Positions 9,393 to 19,700 of a stretch of 64,000 nucleotides of DNA are shown here, piece after piece. This DNA comes from Deltaproteobacteria bacterium (lineage in GTDB: Bacteria > Myxococcota_A > UBA9160 > SZUA-336). The stretch is from assembly GCA_031396695.1 (NCBI GenBank), contig JANNLG010000056.1, forward strand, positions 3,853 through 67,852. Reading direction: 5' to 3'. Each line of letters starts with the position of its first letter. Within the stretch, counting starts at the first letter, position 1. The translations under genes were made by a program, and so were the position numbers. Below the pieces are notes generated by a model. The model was not told the DNA's origin. It was given only the letters and a program-made list of their open reading frames with translations, and made no database searches.

Positions 9393-10865
9393 TTGAGCAG
9401 GTTCCGCACGGCGCGTGTATTGCGCGTTCTGGGTTGCCTCTGTTTGATCGCGTTCAGCACGAGCGCCTGCATGGAAGAGTCGTACGAGGAGCAGTACGCG
9501 GAGGGCGAGATCGACCTTCCCGACGACTTGTACGCGGTGAGCGCGATCGGTGCCGACCACCTGTGGGCGGCGGGCTACTTCGGCGCGATCTACCGCACGA
9601 GCGACGCCGGGAAGAACTGGCGAAAGCTCAACGGTCTCACCGATCAGTCGATCTACGACATCTCGTTCGCGGACGAGAAGAACGGTTGGGCGGTCGGTCG
9701 CCGCGGCTTCGTGATCCACACGACCGACGGCGGCGACACCTGGGAGCTGCAGAGCATCCCGCGCAAGCCGGCGCAGCACTTGTTCGCGGTCAAAGCGATC
9801 AACCCGACCACGGCCTGGGCCGTCGGTGACTGGGGCGGGCGCTACTACACGAGCGACGCGGGCAAGACCTGGCAGGATCGTTCGTTCCTGCTCACCCAGG
9901 ACCACCCGAGCTTCAAGTACCTCTCCGACGACGAGCTCGAGGCCTTCGAGCGCGGCGACAAGCTGTACGACGACATCTTCCTGAACGACGTCTACTTCGC
10001 CGACGACAAGCACGGCTGGATGGCCGGCGAGTACGGGCACACGTACTGGACCGACGACGGCGGCGAGACCTGGAATCACGGCCACATCGCGGGCACGGTG
10101 CGGTTCGAGGAGATCGTCTTTCCGATCGGCGAGAAGAAGGTGCCCAAGGACAAGTGGGAGCAGATCTTCGCCGCGACCGAGATCCTGCTCGACAAGCCCT
10201 ACCTGAAGATCGAGATGGAAGGCCTGATGACGCCGGCGGAGCTCGCCAAGCGTGGCGACACGTTCCTCGCGGACGAGCGCGCGGACGAGATCCAGAAGTT
10301 CCTCGAGAACGAGGGCATCAATCAGGACCGGATCAAGATCCGAAACGCGACGCCGCTCGACCAGGAAGGCGTCGACATGAAGGCGTTCGCGCAGAAGAAG
10401 CTCTCGCCCGTGCCCGCATTGAAGATCGAGGTCATCGAGACTCCGTTCCTGTTCGACGTGAAGTTCAAGGACCCGATGAACGGACTGATCACCGGTCTGG
10501 GCGGGGTGGTGCTCACGTCGAGCGACGGCGGCCGCACGTGGACCTACCTGCCCAGCGATTCGAAGCAAGCGTTGTTCGCGGGCGCCTTCGCGGAGGCGCG
10601 CATGATCACCGTCGGTGAGAAGGGCCAGCGCCGGATCAGCAAGGACGGCGGGCAGACCTGGCTCAAGCTCGGCGAAGAGGACGGCTTCGGCCGCTTCCCC
10701 GCGGACAAGCACGGCTACTTCCGCGATGTCACCTGCGGCACGCCGAGCGTGTGCTGGATGGTCGGCGCCGGTGGCAACGTGATCCGCTCGACCGATGCCG
10801 GCGAGAACTGGTTCGAGATGTTGCCCAAGCCGGAGCCCATCCCGGCCACCGGCGCGGGGGAGTGA
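9393..10865 (+). CDS. Secreted/lipoprotein with Ycf48-like (photosystem II assembly factor-like) BNR/Asp-box beta-propeller repeats
   Basis: Signal peptide VLRVLGCLCLIAFSTSAC followed by repeated S/TDxGxTW Asp-box blades (TSDAGKNW, TTDGGDTW, TSDAGKTW, TDDGGETW, SSDGGRTW, SKDGGQTW). Confidence 0.75.
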   Translation: MSRFRTARVLRVLGCLCLIAFSTSACMEESYEEQYAEGEIDLPDDLYAVSAIGADHLWAAGYFGAIYRTSDAGKNWRKLNGLTDQSIYDISFADEKNGWAVGRRGFVIHTTDGGDTWELQSIPRKPAQHLFAVKAINPTTAWAVGDWGGRYYTSDAGKTWQDRSFLLTQDHPSFKYLSDDELEAFERGDKLYDDIFLNDVYFADDKHGWMAGEYGHTYWTDDGGETWNHGHIAGTVRFEEIVFPIGEKKVPKDKWEQIFAATEILLDKPYLKIEMEGLMTPAELAKRGDTFLADERADEIQKFLENEGINQDRIKIRNATPLDQEGVDMKAFAQKKLSPVPALKIEVIETPFLFDVKFKDPMNGLITGLGGVVLTSSDGGRTWTYLPSDSKQALFAGAFAEARMITVGEKGQRRISKDGGQTWLKLGEEDGFGRFPADKHGYFRDVTCGTPSVCWMVGAGGNVIRSTDAGENWFEMLPKPEPIPATGAGE

Positions 10866-10867
10866 GC

Positions 10868-13800
10868 GTGGCCGACCAAGATCCAGAGAGACCGAAGGTC
10901 CTGATCGAAGAGAACCTGCCGGAGAGCGCGTTCTCGATGCGCTTCGGCCGCCTGGTCATCCGCTACCGGTTCGCCGCGTTGATGACGCTGCTCAGCATCT
11001 CGCTGTTCTTCTCGTTCCCGCTGGTCAACGCCGCCTACTACAACATCACCGCGGCCCAAAGCGAGGACGGCGTCGGCAAGGTCCTGTTGGGCGTAAAGGC
11101 GCGCTTCCGCGTCGACGCCAACATCCGCAAGACCTATCCCGAGCACCCGTACATCCACGCGCAGGACAAGTTCTCCGGGAAGTTCGGATCGGCCTCTTTC
11201 GTCGCGATCGCCGTGATCAAGAAAGAGGGCCAGATCTACGACTACGACTTCCTGCAGAAAGTCTCGCGCGTCACGGACAAGCTCGATCAGGCTCCGAACG
11301 TCAACCACTACCAGGTTCGCAGCCTCTCGCACATCAACACGCGCGTCATCATCATCGAGCCCGACGGCGCGATCGAAGCGGCACCGTTGCTCGAGGAGAT
11401 TCCCGAGGACGAAGCGGAGCTGCAGCAGCTCAAGGAGACCGTGCTCGAGAACCCCGGCCTGATCTACGGCCAGCTCGTGTCACGCGATCACCGCGCGGCG
11501 CTGGTGTCGGCGGGCTTCATCACGCACCGGCTCGACAACAGCAAGGCCTACACGGAGCTGTTCAACTATCTCCAGAACCTGAAGGCTGAAGAAGAGGCCG
11601 ACGGCACCGCCGAGATCTACATCTCGGGCGCGCCTATGGCGACCGGCTACGTGATCGAGAGCCAGTTCGATCTCGTGTACTTCCTGCTGCTCACGATCGT
11701 GCTGCTGTTCTTCCTGTTGCTCGCGTACTTCCGGCGCTTGCACGGCGTGGCGATCCCGATGGTCGCGGGTCTGTCGACGGCGGTCTGGGGCATGGGCATG
11801 ACCGGTTGGATCGGGATCGCGCTCGATCCGCTGATCCTGGTGATTCCGCTCCTGATCACGGCGCGCGCCATCTCGCACACGATTCAGATGGCCGAGCGCT
11901 TCTTCGAGGAGTACGAGGTCGAGTGCACCGTGCGATCCGAGAAGCTCGGTCGCAAGCTCACACCGGCGGAGATCGAGGAGTCGAAGCTCGAGTGCGCGAC
12001 CACGTCGCTCGCCAAGCTCATGCTGCCCGGCATGATCGGCATCCTGACCGACGCCGCGGGTCTCGCGGTGGTCGCGATCACGACGATCCGCACCATGCAG
12101 GAGCTATCGATCTTCGGGTCGTTCTGGGTGGTGGCGATCATCTTCAACGTGATCATCCTGCACCCGATCATGATCGCGTACCTGCCGCCGCCTCACGAGT
12201 TCGCGCACTTCTCGCCGATCTGGATGCAGAAGTTCCTGAAGTGGGCGGGCGAGACGGCGACCGGGACGGTGAGCCGTTGGGTGCTGGTCGGCGGCAACGC
12301 GATCGTGCTGATCCTCGCCACCTGGTACGTGCTGTTCAACTCGACCATCGGCGAGAGCCGGCCGGGCGTGCCGATCTTCTGGCCCGATCATCCGTTCAAC
12401 GTCGCGACCGCGCAGCTCGGCGAGACGTTCGGCGGCGTGGACCAGATGACGGTGTTCGTCGACGGCGACGGCAAGAGCGCGAGCTCCGACGGTCTGGTGA
12501 TCCAGCGCATGGAGGCGCTGCAGCGCTGGATGCGCAAGTACGTCGACCCGGGCGCGACCGTGTCGCTCGTCGACGTGATCAAGCAGTACTGGCTGGTGAA
12601 CCATTACGCGGATCCGAAGTGGGGCTTCGTGCCCGACGCCGCGCAGACGATCGGCGGCATCATCTTCCAGCTCCAGCGCAGCAACATCCCGGGCTTCCTG
12701 CGCCCGTTCCTCACCGACGACGCCGAGGACGCGAACATCACGTTCTTCTTCCGCGACCACAAAGGGAAGACGATCAAGCGCGCGGTCCACTACGCGAACG
12801 AGTTCATCAACGCCAACCCGATGGGCCGCATCAACGTGCGGCTGGTCGAGGACAAGGGCGGCGTGATGGGCGCGATCTACTACCTGTTCGGACCCGTCAT
12901 GTTCCCGCGCCACTCGGGCATGGTGGTCGAGGTCGCGGACATCAACGAGGACCAGAAGATCACGGGCTACCAGCCCGGCACCGCGGTGCAGGTCGGGCGC
13001 TGGACCGAGCGCGCCGACCCCGCGGAGGTCGAGAAGAACGTGATCGCCGGCATCCGCGCGCTGTCGCGCACGAAGCTGCCCGAGATCAAGCTCTCCGATC
13101 GCTTCAAGGAAGACCTCCAGCAAGACAAGAACCGGATGGAGAAGCTCGCCATCAATCTGTCGGCGGAGTTCGACTACCGGATCGAGAACATCTCGATTCC
13201 GGCGGACGAGATCGTCCACGAGTTCGAGACCGTCGCGGATCTGGTCAACCACATCGTCGACCGCTCGGCGTACTTCGTCACCGAAGAGTGGAAGAACGAC
13301 GAGGGCAACATCACCGCGCAGACGATCCGCTACTGCCGGCACTACTGCGGCTACGAGCTGTGGACGCAGAACACCAAGTTCAAGGACGTCTCGTTCAATC
13401 CGCAGCGCACCAACACCTACACGCGCGGCGCGGAGTTCGTGCTCGCGGGCGGGATCATGGGCGTCTACGCGGCGGTGAACGACGAAGTCGAGCGCGGCCA
13501 CGTCGCGAACATCGTGCTGATCTTCATCATCTCGTACCTGTTCGTGGCGATCAGCTACCGCTCCAACCTGGCCGGCCTGTTCGTGCTGTTCAGCATTGCG
13601 GTCGCGACCATGCTCTCGCTCGCCTACATGGCGGTGCGCGAGACGGGGCTCACGATCCAGACGCTGCCGGTGCAGTCGGTCGGCGTGGGCGTCGGAATGG
13701 ACTACGCGGTCTACGTCGCGGACCGGATCCGTCAGGAGTACGCCTGGTGCGGCGACTTCGACGAAGCGATCCGGCGCGCCATCCGCACCACCGGCATGGC

Positions 13801-14056
13801 CGTCTGCTTCACGGCCACGACGCTGATCGCGGGCATCATCGCCTGGTCCTTCAGCGAGCTGCGCTTCCAGGCCGAGATGGCGCAGCTGCTTTCGATCCTG
13901 ATGGGAGTGAATCTGCTGGGCGGGATCCTACTTGTGCCCGCTTGTTTCTCCATCGTGAAGCCCAAGAGCTTCGTCTCCGCGTCACTTGTCGAGGCCACGG
14001 AGCAACAAGAGATGAGCGGGTCGCAGCCGAAGGCCGTCGCCGCGAGCGCCGGATGA
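10868..14056 (+). CDS. RND-superfamily (MMPL/HAE-like) membrane transporter, about 1060 aa
   Basis: Two-fold repeat of hydrophobic 6-TM bundles separated by large periplasmic loops. GTG start 3 nt after the lipoprotein stop. This architecture is typical of RND exporters found beside Ycf48-like proteins. Confidence 0.8.
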   Translation: MADQDPERPKVLIEENLPESAFSMRFGRLVIRYRFAALMTLLSISLFFSFPLVNAAYYNITAAQSEDGVGKVLLGVKARFRVDANIRKTYPEHPYIHAQDKFSGKFGSASFVAIAVIKKEGQIYDYDFLQKVSRVTDKLDQAPNVNHYQVRSLSHINTRVIIIEPDGAIEAAPLLEEIPEDEAELQQLKETVLENPGLIYGQLVSRDHRAALVSAGFITHRLDNSKAYTELFNYLQNLKAEEEADGTAEIYISGAPMATGYVIESQFDLVYFLLLTIVLLFFLLLAYFRRLHGVAIPMVAGLSTAVWGMGMTGWIGIALDPLILVIPLLITARAISHTIQMAERFFEEYEVECTVRSEKLGRKLTPAEIEESKLECATTSLAKLMLPGMIGILTDAAGLAVVAITTIRTMQELSIFGSFWVVAIIFNVIILHPIMIAYLPPPHEFAHFSPIWMQKFLKWAGETATGTVSRWVLVGGNAIVLILATWYVLFNSTIGESRPGVPIFWPDHPFNVATAQLGETFGGVDQMTVFVDGDGKSASSDGLVIQRMEALQRWMRKYVDPGATVSLVDVIKQYWLVNHYADPKWGFVPDAAQTIGGIIFQLQRSNIPGFLRPFLTDDAEDANITFFFRDHKGKTIKRAVHYANEFINANPMGRINVRLVEDKGGVMGAIYYLFGPVMFPRHSGMVVEVADINEDQKITGYQPGTAVQVGRWTERADPAEVEKNVIAGIRALSRTKLPEIKLSDRFKEDLQQDKNRMEKLAINLSAEFDYRIENISIPADEIVHEFETVADLVNHIVDRSAYFVTEEWKNDEGNITAQTIRYCRHYCGYELWTQNTKFKDVSFNPQRTNTYTRGAEFVLAGGIMGVYAAVNDEVERGHVANIVLIFIISYLFVAISYRSNLAGLFVLFSIAVATMLSLAYMAVRETGLTIQTLPVQSVGVGVGMDYAVYVADRIRQEYAWCGDFDEAIRRAIRTTGMAVCFTATTLIAGIIAWSFSELRFQAEMAQLLSILMGVNLLGGILLVPACFSIVKPKSFVSASLVEATEQQEMSGSQPKAVAASAG

Positions 14057-14120
14057 GCGGGGCCGCGGTGGTGGAGGGAGCCGCTGCGGTTTCGCACGTA
14101 TCGTTTGAGAGGGGAATGCT

Positions 14121-17100
14121 ATGAGGGGAAGGCTGACTCAGGGACTTCTTGCCGCGCTGGTCCTCGGCGTTCTGCTGCTCGGCGGCGGGCTCGCACGAAC
14201 GGCTTCGGCCTTCGAGTGGGATCTACCGGGCGAGCGCAAGTTCTCGATCCACGGTTTCTACGAAACGCGGCTGATGTTCGTCGGCTCGGAGTTGCCGATC
14301 AACGGCGCGACCTGGTCGAGCTTCCGGCACGTTCTGTCGACGGAGCTCGAGCTCACGCTCTTCCCCGACGGCTTCGGCCCGTTCGACTCGATGTTCATGT
14401 TCTCGCGCTTCCTGGTCAGCTATGACTGCATCTACACCTACTCCTGCGGCACCTTCAACAGCGCGGATTCGTACGGTGACGACAAGCGCCGAGCGGTACG
14501 TCAGCCGCTCTCGCTGCGCGAGGACGCCAAGAACAACGCGCCGTATTTCGCGGGCCTGCTGAAGTCGACTTACCGCCCCGGCTCGATCGTGTCGCCGCAA
14601 GAGGTCCTGAACCCGAGTCGGCGCTATCGCGACTGCGACAACCCGCCGGGCGTGTTCGCGAACCCGTTTCCGCTGGCGGTGTTCTGCAACCTGAACAGCC
14701 GCTCGCCGCTCGACAACCCGAACAATCAGACCGGCAACAAGACCTGGGAGGTGCGCGCGGGCACGTTCCACCCCTTCACGCGTCCGAGCTTGACCGCCGC
14801 GGCGCGCTCGGCGATCGGCAACGAGGAATACGACCGACTGCAGGGCCTGCTGATCAGCGGCCAGGTTCTGTCGCGTTCTGAGACCGCGTTCCGCCTCACG
14901 CTGCTCGCGGAGGCCGGTGAGGCGCAGGCGCGCGGCGACGAGGACCTCGCCGAAGCGCTGAATGCGCAGGCCGACGCGGTCCTCGGCACGCCCGAGACCA
15001 CCTTCGACGCGAACATCCCGGCGCTCCTGGCCACGCGCCCGGATCCGAACCGCTTCGCGGAGTACGCGAACTCCATGACGCCGGCGCTGCTCAAAGCCAA
15101 GTGGGGCTCCGGCCAGCTGCGCAACCTGGTGTTTCCGTTCCTGGCCACGATCAACACGCCGATCGCGCCGGGTGGCTACTTCAACAACGGCGCGCCGCTC
15201 GACAGTATCGGTCAGTACGACCAGGCGCTGGGCGAAACGCTGAGCGCGAACCTCGGCGGCCTGCCGATCGTGAGCGACGCGGACGGTCAGCCGGTGTTCA
15301 GCGCATCGAACGCGCAGAATCGCGTGAACCCGTTCTTCGTCGGTCCAGACGGCCTACGCGACTCGGCGGACGACTTGCCGTTCGTCACCAACAACCCGGC
15401 TGCTCAGGAGGCCGGCTACCAGCTCGCCACACCGCTCCAGGGAGCGGCCGGCACGCCCGAGAACCTGCTCGCGAGCTTCGACGGCACGTTCGGCCGCAAC
15501 GCGCCGGGAAACGCGGCGCGACCGATCTACGCGCAGGCCGCGCGGATCGTCGTTCCCTCGGCGAGCGATCCAAGCGCGACCAAGATCGTCGAACTCTACG
15601 GCGTGTACAGCAACGAGTATCTCGTGAATCGCGGCTGTGGCGCCGTCTCGGGTAGCTACAACACCGCGACCGGGCAGTGCGTCCGCGCAGGCGGGGACGT
15701 CTCGGCGGAGGCCCAGGCGCGCGGCTGCAGCGTGATCGTGCGCGGCACGCGCGGACAGCAGGTCAACGTCGGCGTCAACGCGGACGGCCAGTGCATCGAG
15801 ATGAACACGACTTCACCGGCGCCCAACTCGCAGCTCCAGTTCGAGGTGCTCGGGCTGCTCGGCGATCTGAACGCGCGGCCGTTCGAAGCCAGCATCGAGC
15901 CGCTCAACACCACCGACTTCCGCGCCGTCGCCGAAGGCGGCGTGAACAACACCATGCCCGCTCGTCCGCGCATGGCGCAGCAGGGTATCGTCTATCAGTC
16001 GCCGGGCGCCCGCCGCGAGTACGAGCAGTACCACGACCTGGTCTCGAACCTGGATCTCAAGTACAGCGTCGACTCGCTGCAGTGGAACCACGGCGCCAGC
16101 CAGCGCGAGCACGAGTTCGCCGAAGGCTACGTCGAGTTCGAAATGGCCGACAGCCAGCTCTACGCGCGCGTCGGCAAGCTGATCGTGGTCTGGGGCAAGA
16201 CGGAGCTGTTCCGCAACCAGGACCGCAACAACCCGCTCGACATCGGCAACGGCATCTTCGCGCCGCTCGAGGAGCAGCGCGTCGGCCAGTGGGCGGTCGA
16301 CCTGACGATTTCGCCCGAGGCGTTCATGCGCGTGGGGCCCGTCGAGGATCTGCGCCTCGAGCTGCTCACGATCGTGAATCCGTTCGAGCCCACGGATCTG
16401 GGCAAGTGCGGCGAGGGAACCGCGATCGAGCTGATCTGTCTGAAGAGCTTCGGCGCGATGGCCAACGGCCTGGCCGGCATCGGCGTGATCGGCGAGCACC
16501 GACCCTACGACGACTATGCGGGTATCGAGCGCTGGGATTTCGGCGCACGCATCGAGGGTCGCTTCGACCGCTTCACCTTCGCGATCTCCGACTTCTGGGG
16601 CTGGGACGACGGCTTCTACCTCGATCTCGTGCAGCAGTACGAGCGCACCTCCGACATCACGACCGGCGCACCGCTCTCCGTCGGCAGCCGCGGCAACTCG
16701 ACCGGTTGCACGATTCGCACGAACTCCGAGGGCGAAGCCGTCGGGCCGAACAACATCGCGGGCGACGGCGACGACGACTTCCCGAGCGCGGGCAACTGTC
16801 TGCTCTGGGATCCGCCGGAGACCCCGGACGCGGCGCAGCTGCTGCGGCCGACCGACTCCGTGGCGGCGCTGCAGAACGTCAACCAGACGCTGTTCCACTC
16901 GCTGTGCGCCTACACCTTCGATCCGGATGAAGGTTTTTGCGCGTTCGATCGCCTGAACTACCCGCTCGAGTTCGGTCTGATCTCGAACATCATCTCCGGC
17001 CTCGGCGTGCTCGGGGCCGCCGTGACCGATGGCGTGGAGTCGATTCAGCAGAAGCGCCTGGATGGCCGCACGAGCGTCGTCCAGCGTGGCTCGCCCACCA

Positions 17101-19625
17101 TCCTGACACGCGGATTCCTGGCGATCGAACCGCTTGCGCGGCAGGACCAAGCCTACCAGGACCTCGGCTTGAGCCTTCAAAACGCCTCGGCTGCATTGCT
17201 GGGTTGCGGTGTGGCCTACGCCTCGCCCTGCAGCGGCGCGCAGCAGACGCAATGGGCCCGCGACCCGGCGATCGCCGCAGATCTGACGCGCGACCCGACG
17301 CTCGGTCCAGCCACGGTCGGCGGCATCGACTTGATGAATGCGGACGCGAGCGTCGTCACCCAGGAGTTCGTCGGCCTGAAGGCGCTCTCACCAGGCGCGC
17401 TGGTTGGAACGCGGCTCAACAACGCTGGCGCACTCTACTACCAGCCGGGGGTCAACTTCAGCCGCGACGGCCAGCAGGACATGAACATCGACGAGGACTT
17501 CAGTCGACAGGGTCGCGAGCTCAACCCGCCGATTGCAGTTTCGGCGCTCGAGAGCTCGGGCGAGTACCTGAACTTGACCCCCGACGACGTCATCGACCTG
17601 GGTGTGCAGGGCCGCGCGGAGTACCAGATCCAAGCCGGCAACATCCTCGAAGCGGATAGCTGGGTCGAGCCGATGCCGTGGACGGTCAACGAGGAGCTGC
17701 TCGAAAAGTACGGCGCGATCGTGTTCAACGCCGATCCGAGCAACGTGCTCGATCTCGATAGCCCGCTGAACAAATGGAACTTGATCGATCCGAACCAGGA
17801 CCCGAACGACCTCGCGAACATCCAGTACTCGGACATCGACGGCGAGTACTGCGCGCGCTGGATGAACTCGACGGACACGGACATCTCCACGCCGTTCAAC
17901 CTCGGGTGCACCGCGCTCGAGACGGTCTCGGCGAACTTCGAGCGGCTGCTGATCAGCATCGAGGAAATCGGCTTCGACCGTGTGTTCGACGCGCCTGAGA
18001 GCCTTCAGGAACTCGGCTACTGGTCGGAGTCGAACACCGCGCGCCAGGCCGCCGGCGATCCGGTCTCGGGTTCCGACGGAATCTACGCGCGCAATCAGTT
18101 CGTGATCTCGAGCGAGCAGATGGATTTCGACGTGGTCGCCGCCGCGCCCACGGGCGATTCGACTTTCATTTTCGTGGACATCGCCGCGAGCGAGACTCCG
18201 CAGCAAGCCGCCGCGCGAACGCTGCTCGAGTTTGATCCCCAGGAAGGGTGTCTGAGCGCGTTCTGCTACCTGCAGGTCAACAACGTCCTGGTCGATCCCG
18301 ACGACGCCGCTCCGGAGGGCCGCGACTTGATCCTCGCGATGCCGGTCGGCTTCACGGTCGACATCATGTCGCCGATCGTGGATCCGAACGACCCGAATGG
18401 CCCAGTCAACCCCAACGATCCGAATCAGCAGTTCGAGAACACCGGCTTCGACCGCAAGGTGAACCCGGCCGCGCTCCAGTACCTGCAGCAGACGGCGGGC
18501 GACACTTCGCTGCGGCGCCTGCTCGCGTCGCAGGTGATCGCGGTCGAGACGCCGACCGGCATCGAGTACGTGCAGATGAGCAACGAGCAGCGCGATCAGC
18601 TGCTCGGAGAGCTCGGCGACGCGCTCAACCGCGGTCGCGACATGGACGGCGACGGCAGCTCGGATCTCGACCGCAACCGCGACTCGGTCTGGGACGGGAT
18701 CGACGACTACAGCGGCGGTGGACCGATCACCGACGACAACATCCTGTGCGGCACCGGCATCCCCGGCGATCCACTCCAGGACGGCGTTCAGTACAGCCCG
18801 TTCCGCAGGGACCAGGACATGAACTCCGAGGCCTTCCGGGCGATGTTCCCGAACGGTCTGCCCCCGCGTTCGCCGGTGTTCTGCCGCGGCGTGTCGGGCA
18901 TCCTCAGCGCCACCAACCAGACGCTGCCGATTCGCAAGGCGGGCGGCGACGGCCGCTACGGCCGCCGCGACTTCCTGTGGCAGAACGGACGCCAGGTCGC
19001 GTTCAACTACCAGAAGCGGAACGTCATGGGCTTCGGTCTCGACTTCGCGGAAGACGTCACGAAGACGAGCTGGGGTCTGGAGTTCTCGTGGATGGCGAAC
19101 AAGCTGCTGCCGAACAACTTCGAGTACGACGGCTATTCGCAGACCGACGAGATGGTGCTGTCGATCTCCGTCGACCGGCCAACCTTCTTCAACTTCCTGA
19201 ACCCGAACCGCAGCTTCTTCATGAACCTGCAGATGTTCCTGCGCTACCTGCCCGACTACGAGGGCGGCCGTGGCGGCAACGACGGCATGTACGGCGCTGC
19301 GGGCGCATCGCTCACCGGCAACATCGCGTTCACTTTCTTCACCGGCTACTTCCAGGATCGCCTCGCGCCGCGCGTCACGATCCTGTACGCGCCGTGGGAG
19401 TCGCAGGGCGCGTTGCTCACGGGCCTGTCGTACCGCTGGAACGACGCGTTCTCGACCAGCATCGGCTGGACGCAGTTCTTCGGTCACATCTACAAGCAGC
19501 AGGGCGGATACTTCCCGATCGCCCAGTACGGCTCGGTCGCCGACTACAACGGACCGGTCCTGCGCGGCGTCGCGCCGGTCCTGTACCGAGACCAGGCCGA
19601 AGTCCGGATTCGCTACACCTGGTAA
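14121..19625 (+). CDS. Giant (1834 aa) secreted outer-membrane protein; DUF1302-like beta-barrel N- and C-terminal segments flanking an insert of over 1000 aa rich in Asp, Asn and Gly
   Basis: Signal peptide LLAALVLGVLLLGGGLARTASA. N-terminal FSIHGFYETRLMFVG resembles DUF1302 starts. The C-terminal roughly 300 aa show alternating-hydrophobic beta strands and end in ..VRIRYTW (aromatic terminal residue typical of outer-membrane barrels). The internal sequence carries DPNDPNGPVNPNDPN and DMDGDGSSDLDRNRDSVWDGIDD (thrombospondin-3-like calcium-binding motif). GAGAGGGG precedes the ATG. Confidence 0.75.
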   Translation: MRGRLTQGLLAALVLGVLLLGGGLARTASAFEWDLPGERKFSIHGFYETRLMFVGSELPINGATWSSFRHVLSTELELTLFPDGFGPFDSMFMFSRFLVSYDCIYTYSCGTFNSADSYGDDKRRAVRQPLSLREDAKNNAPYFAGLLKSTYRPGSIVSPQEVLNPSRRYRDCDNPPGVFANPFPLAVFCNLNSRSPLDNPNNQTGNKTWEVRAGTFHPFTRPSLTAAARSAIGNEEYDRLQGLLISGQVLSRSETAFRLTLLAEAGEAQARGDEDLAEALNAQADAVLGTPETTFDANIPALLATRPDPNRFAEYANSMTPALLKAKWGSGQLRNLVFPFLATINTPIAPGGYFNNGAPLDSIGQYDQALGETLSANLGGLPIVSDADGQPVFSASNAQNRVNPFFVGPDGLRDSADDLPFVTNNPAAQEAGYQLATPLQGAAGTPENLLASFDGTFGRNAPGNAARPIYAQAARIVVPSASDPSATKIVELYGVYSNEYLVNRGCGAVSGSYNTATGQCVRAGGDVSAEAQARGCSVIVRGTRGQQVNVGVNADGQCIEMNTTSPAPNSQLQFEVLGLLGDLNARPFEASIEPLNTTDFRAVAEGGVNNTMPARPRMAQQGIVYQSPGARREYEQYHDLVSNLDLKYSVDSLQWNHGASQREHEFAEGYVEFEMADSQLYARVGKLIVVWGKTELFRNQDRNNPLDIGNGIFAPLEEQRVGQWAVDLTISPEAFMRVGPVEDLRLELLTIVNPFEPTDLGKCGEGTAIELICLKSFGAMANGLAGIGVIGEHRPYDDYAGIERWDFGARIEGRFDRFTFAISDFWGWDDGFYLDLVQQYERTSDITTGAPLSVGSRGNSTGCTIRTNSEGEAVGPNNIAGDGDDDFPSAGNCLLWDPPETPDAAQLLRPTDSVAALQNVNQTLFHSLCAYTFDPDEGFCAFDRLNYPLEFGLISNIISGLGVLGAAVTDGVESIQQKRLDGRTSVVQRGSPTILTRGFLAIEPLARQDQAYQDLGLSLQNASAALLGCGVAYASPCSGAQQTQWARDPAIAADLTRDPTLGPATVGGIDLMNADASVVTQEFVGLKALSPGALVGTRLNNAGALYYQPGVNFSRDGQQDMNIDEDFSRQGRELNPPIAVSALESSGEYLNLTPDDVIDLGVQGRAEYQIQAGNILEADSWVEPMPWTVNEELLEKYGAIVFNADPSNVLDLDSPLNKWNLIDPNQDPNDLANIQYSDIDGEYCARWMNSTDTDISTPFNLGCTALETVSANFERLLISIEEIGFDRVFDAPESLQELGYWSESNTARQAAGDPVSGSDGIYARNQFVISSEQMDFDVVAAAPTGDSTFIFVDIAASETPQQAAARTLLEFDPQEGCLSAFCYLQVNNVLVDPDDAAPEGRDLILAMPVGFTVDIMSPIVDPNDPNGPVNPNDPNQQFENTGFDRKVNPAALQYLQQTAGDTSLRRLLASQVIAVETPTGIEYVQMSNEQRDQLLGELGDALNRGRDMDGDGSSDLDRNRDSVWDGIDDYSGGGPITDDNILCGTGIPGDPLQDGVQYSPFRRDQDMNSEAFRAMFPNGLPPRSPVFCRGVSGILSATNQTLPIRKAGGDGRYGRRDFLWQNGRQVAFNYQKRNVMGFGLDFAEDVTKTSWGLEFSWMANKLLPNNFEYDGYSQTDEMVLSISVDRPTFFNFLNPNRSFFMNLQMFLRYLPDYEGGRGGNDGMYGAAGASLTGNIAFTFFTGYFQDRLAPRVTILYAPWESQGALLTGLSYRWNDAFSTSIGWTQFFGHIYKQQGGYFPIAQYGSVADYNGPVLRGVAPVLYRDQAEVRIRYTW

Positions 19626-19649
19626 CGACGACTCGGTAGACTTCGAGAG

Positions 19650-19693
19650 GGCGCCACTCGGCCGCGAGCCGAGAGGCGCCTTCGCATTTTCGG
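19650..19693 (+). terminator. Putative intrinsic terminator after the giant outer-membrane protein gene
   Basis: GGCGCCACTCGGC-CGCGA-GCCGAGAGGCGCC forms a 13-bp stem with one mismatch, followed by TTCGCATTTTCGGGGG. It lies 25 nt after the TAA stop. Confidence 0.45.
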
Positions 19694-19700
19694 GGGACGC

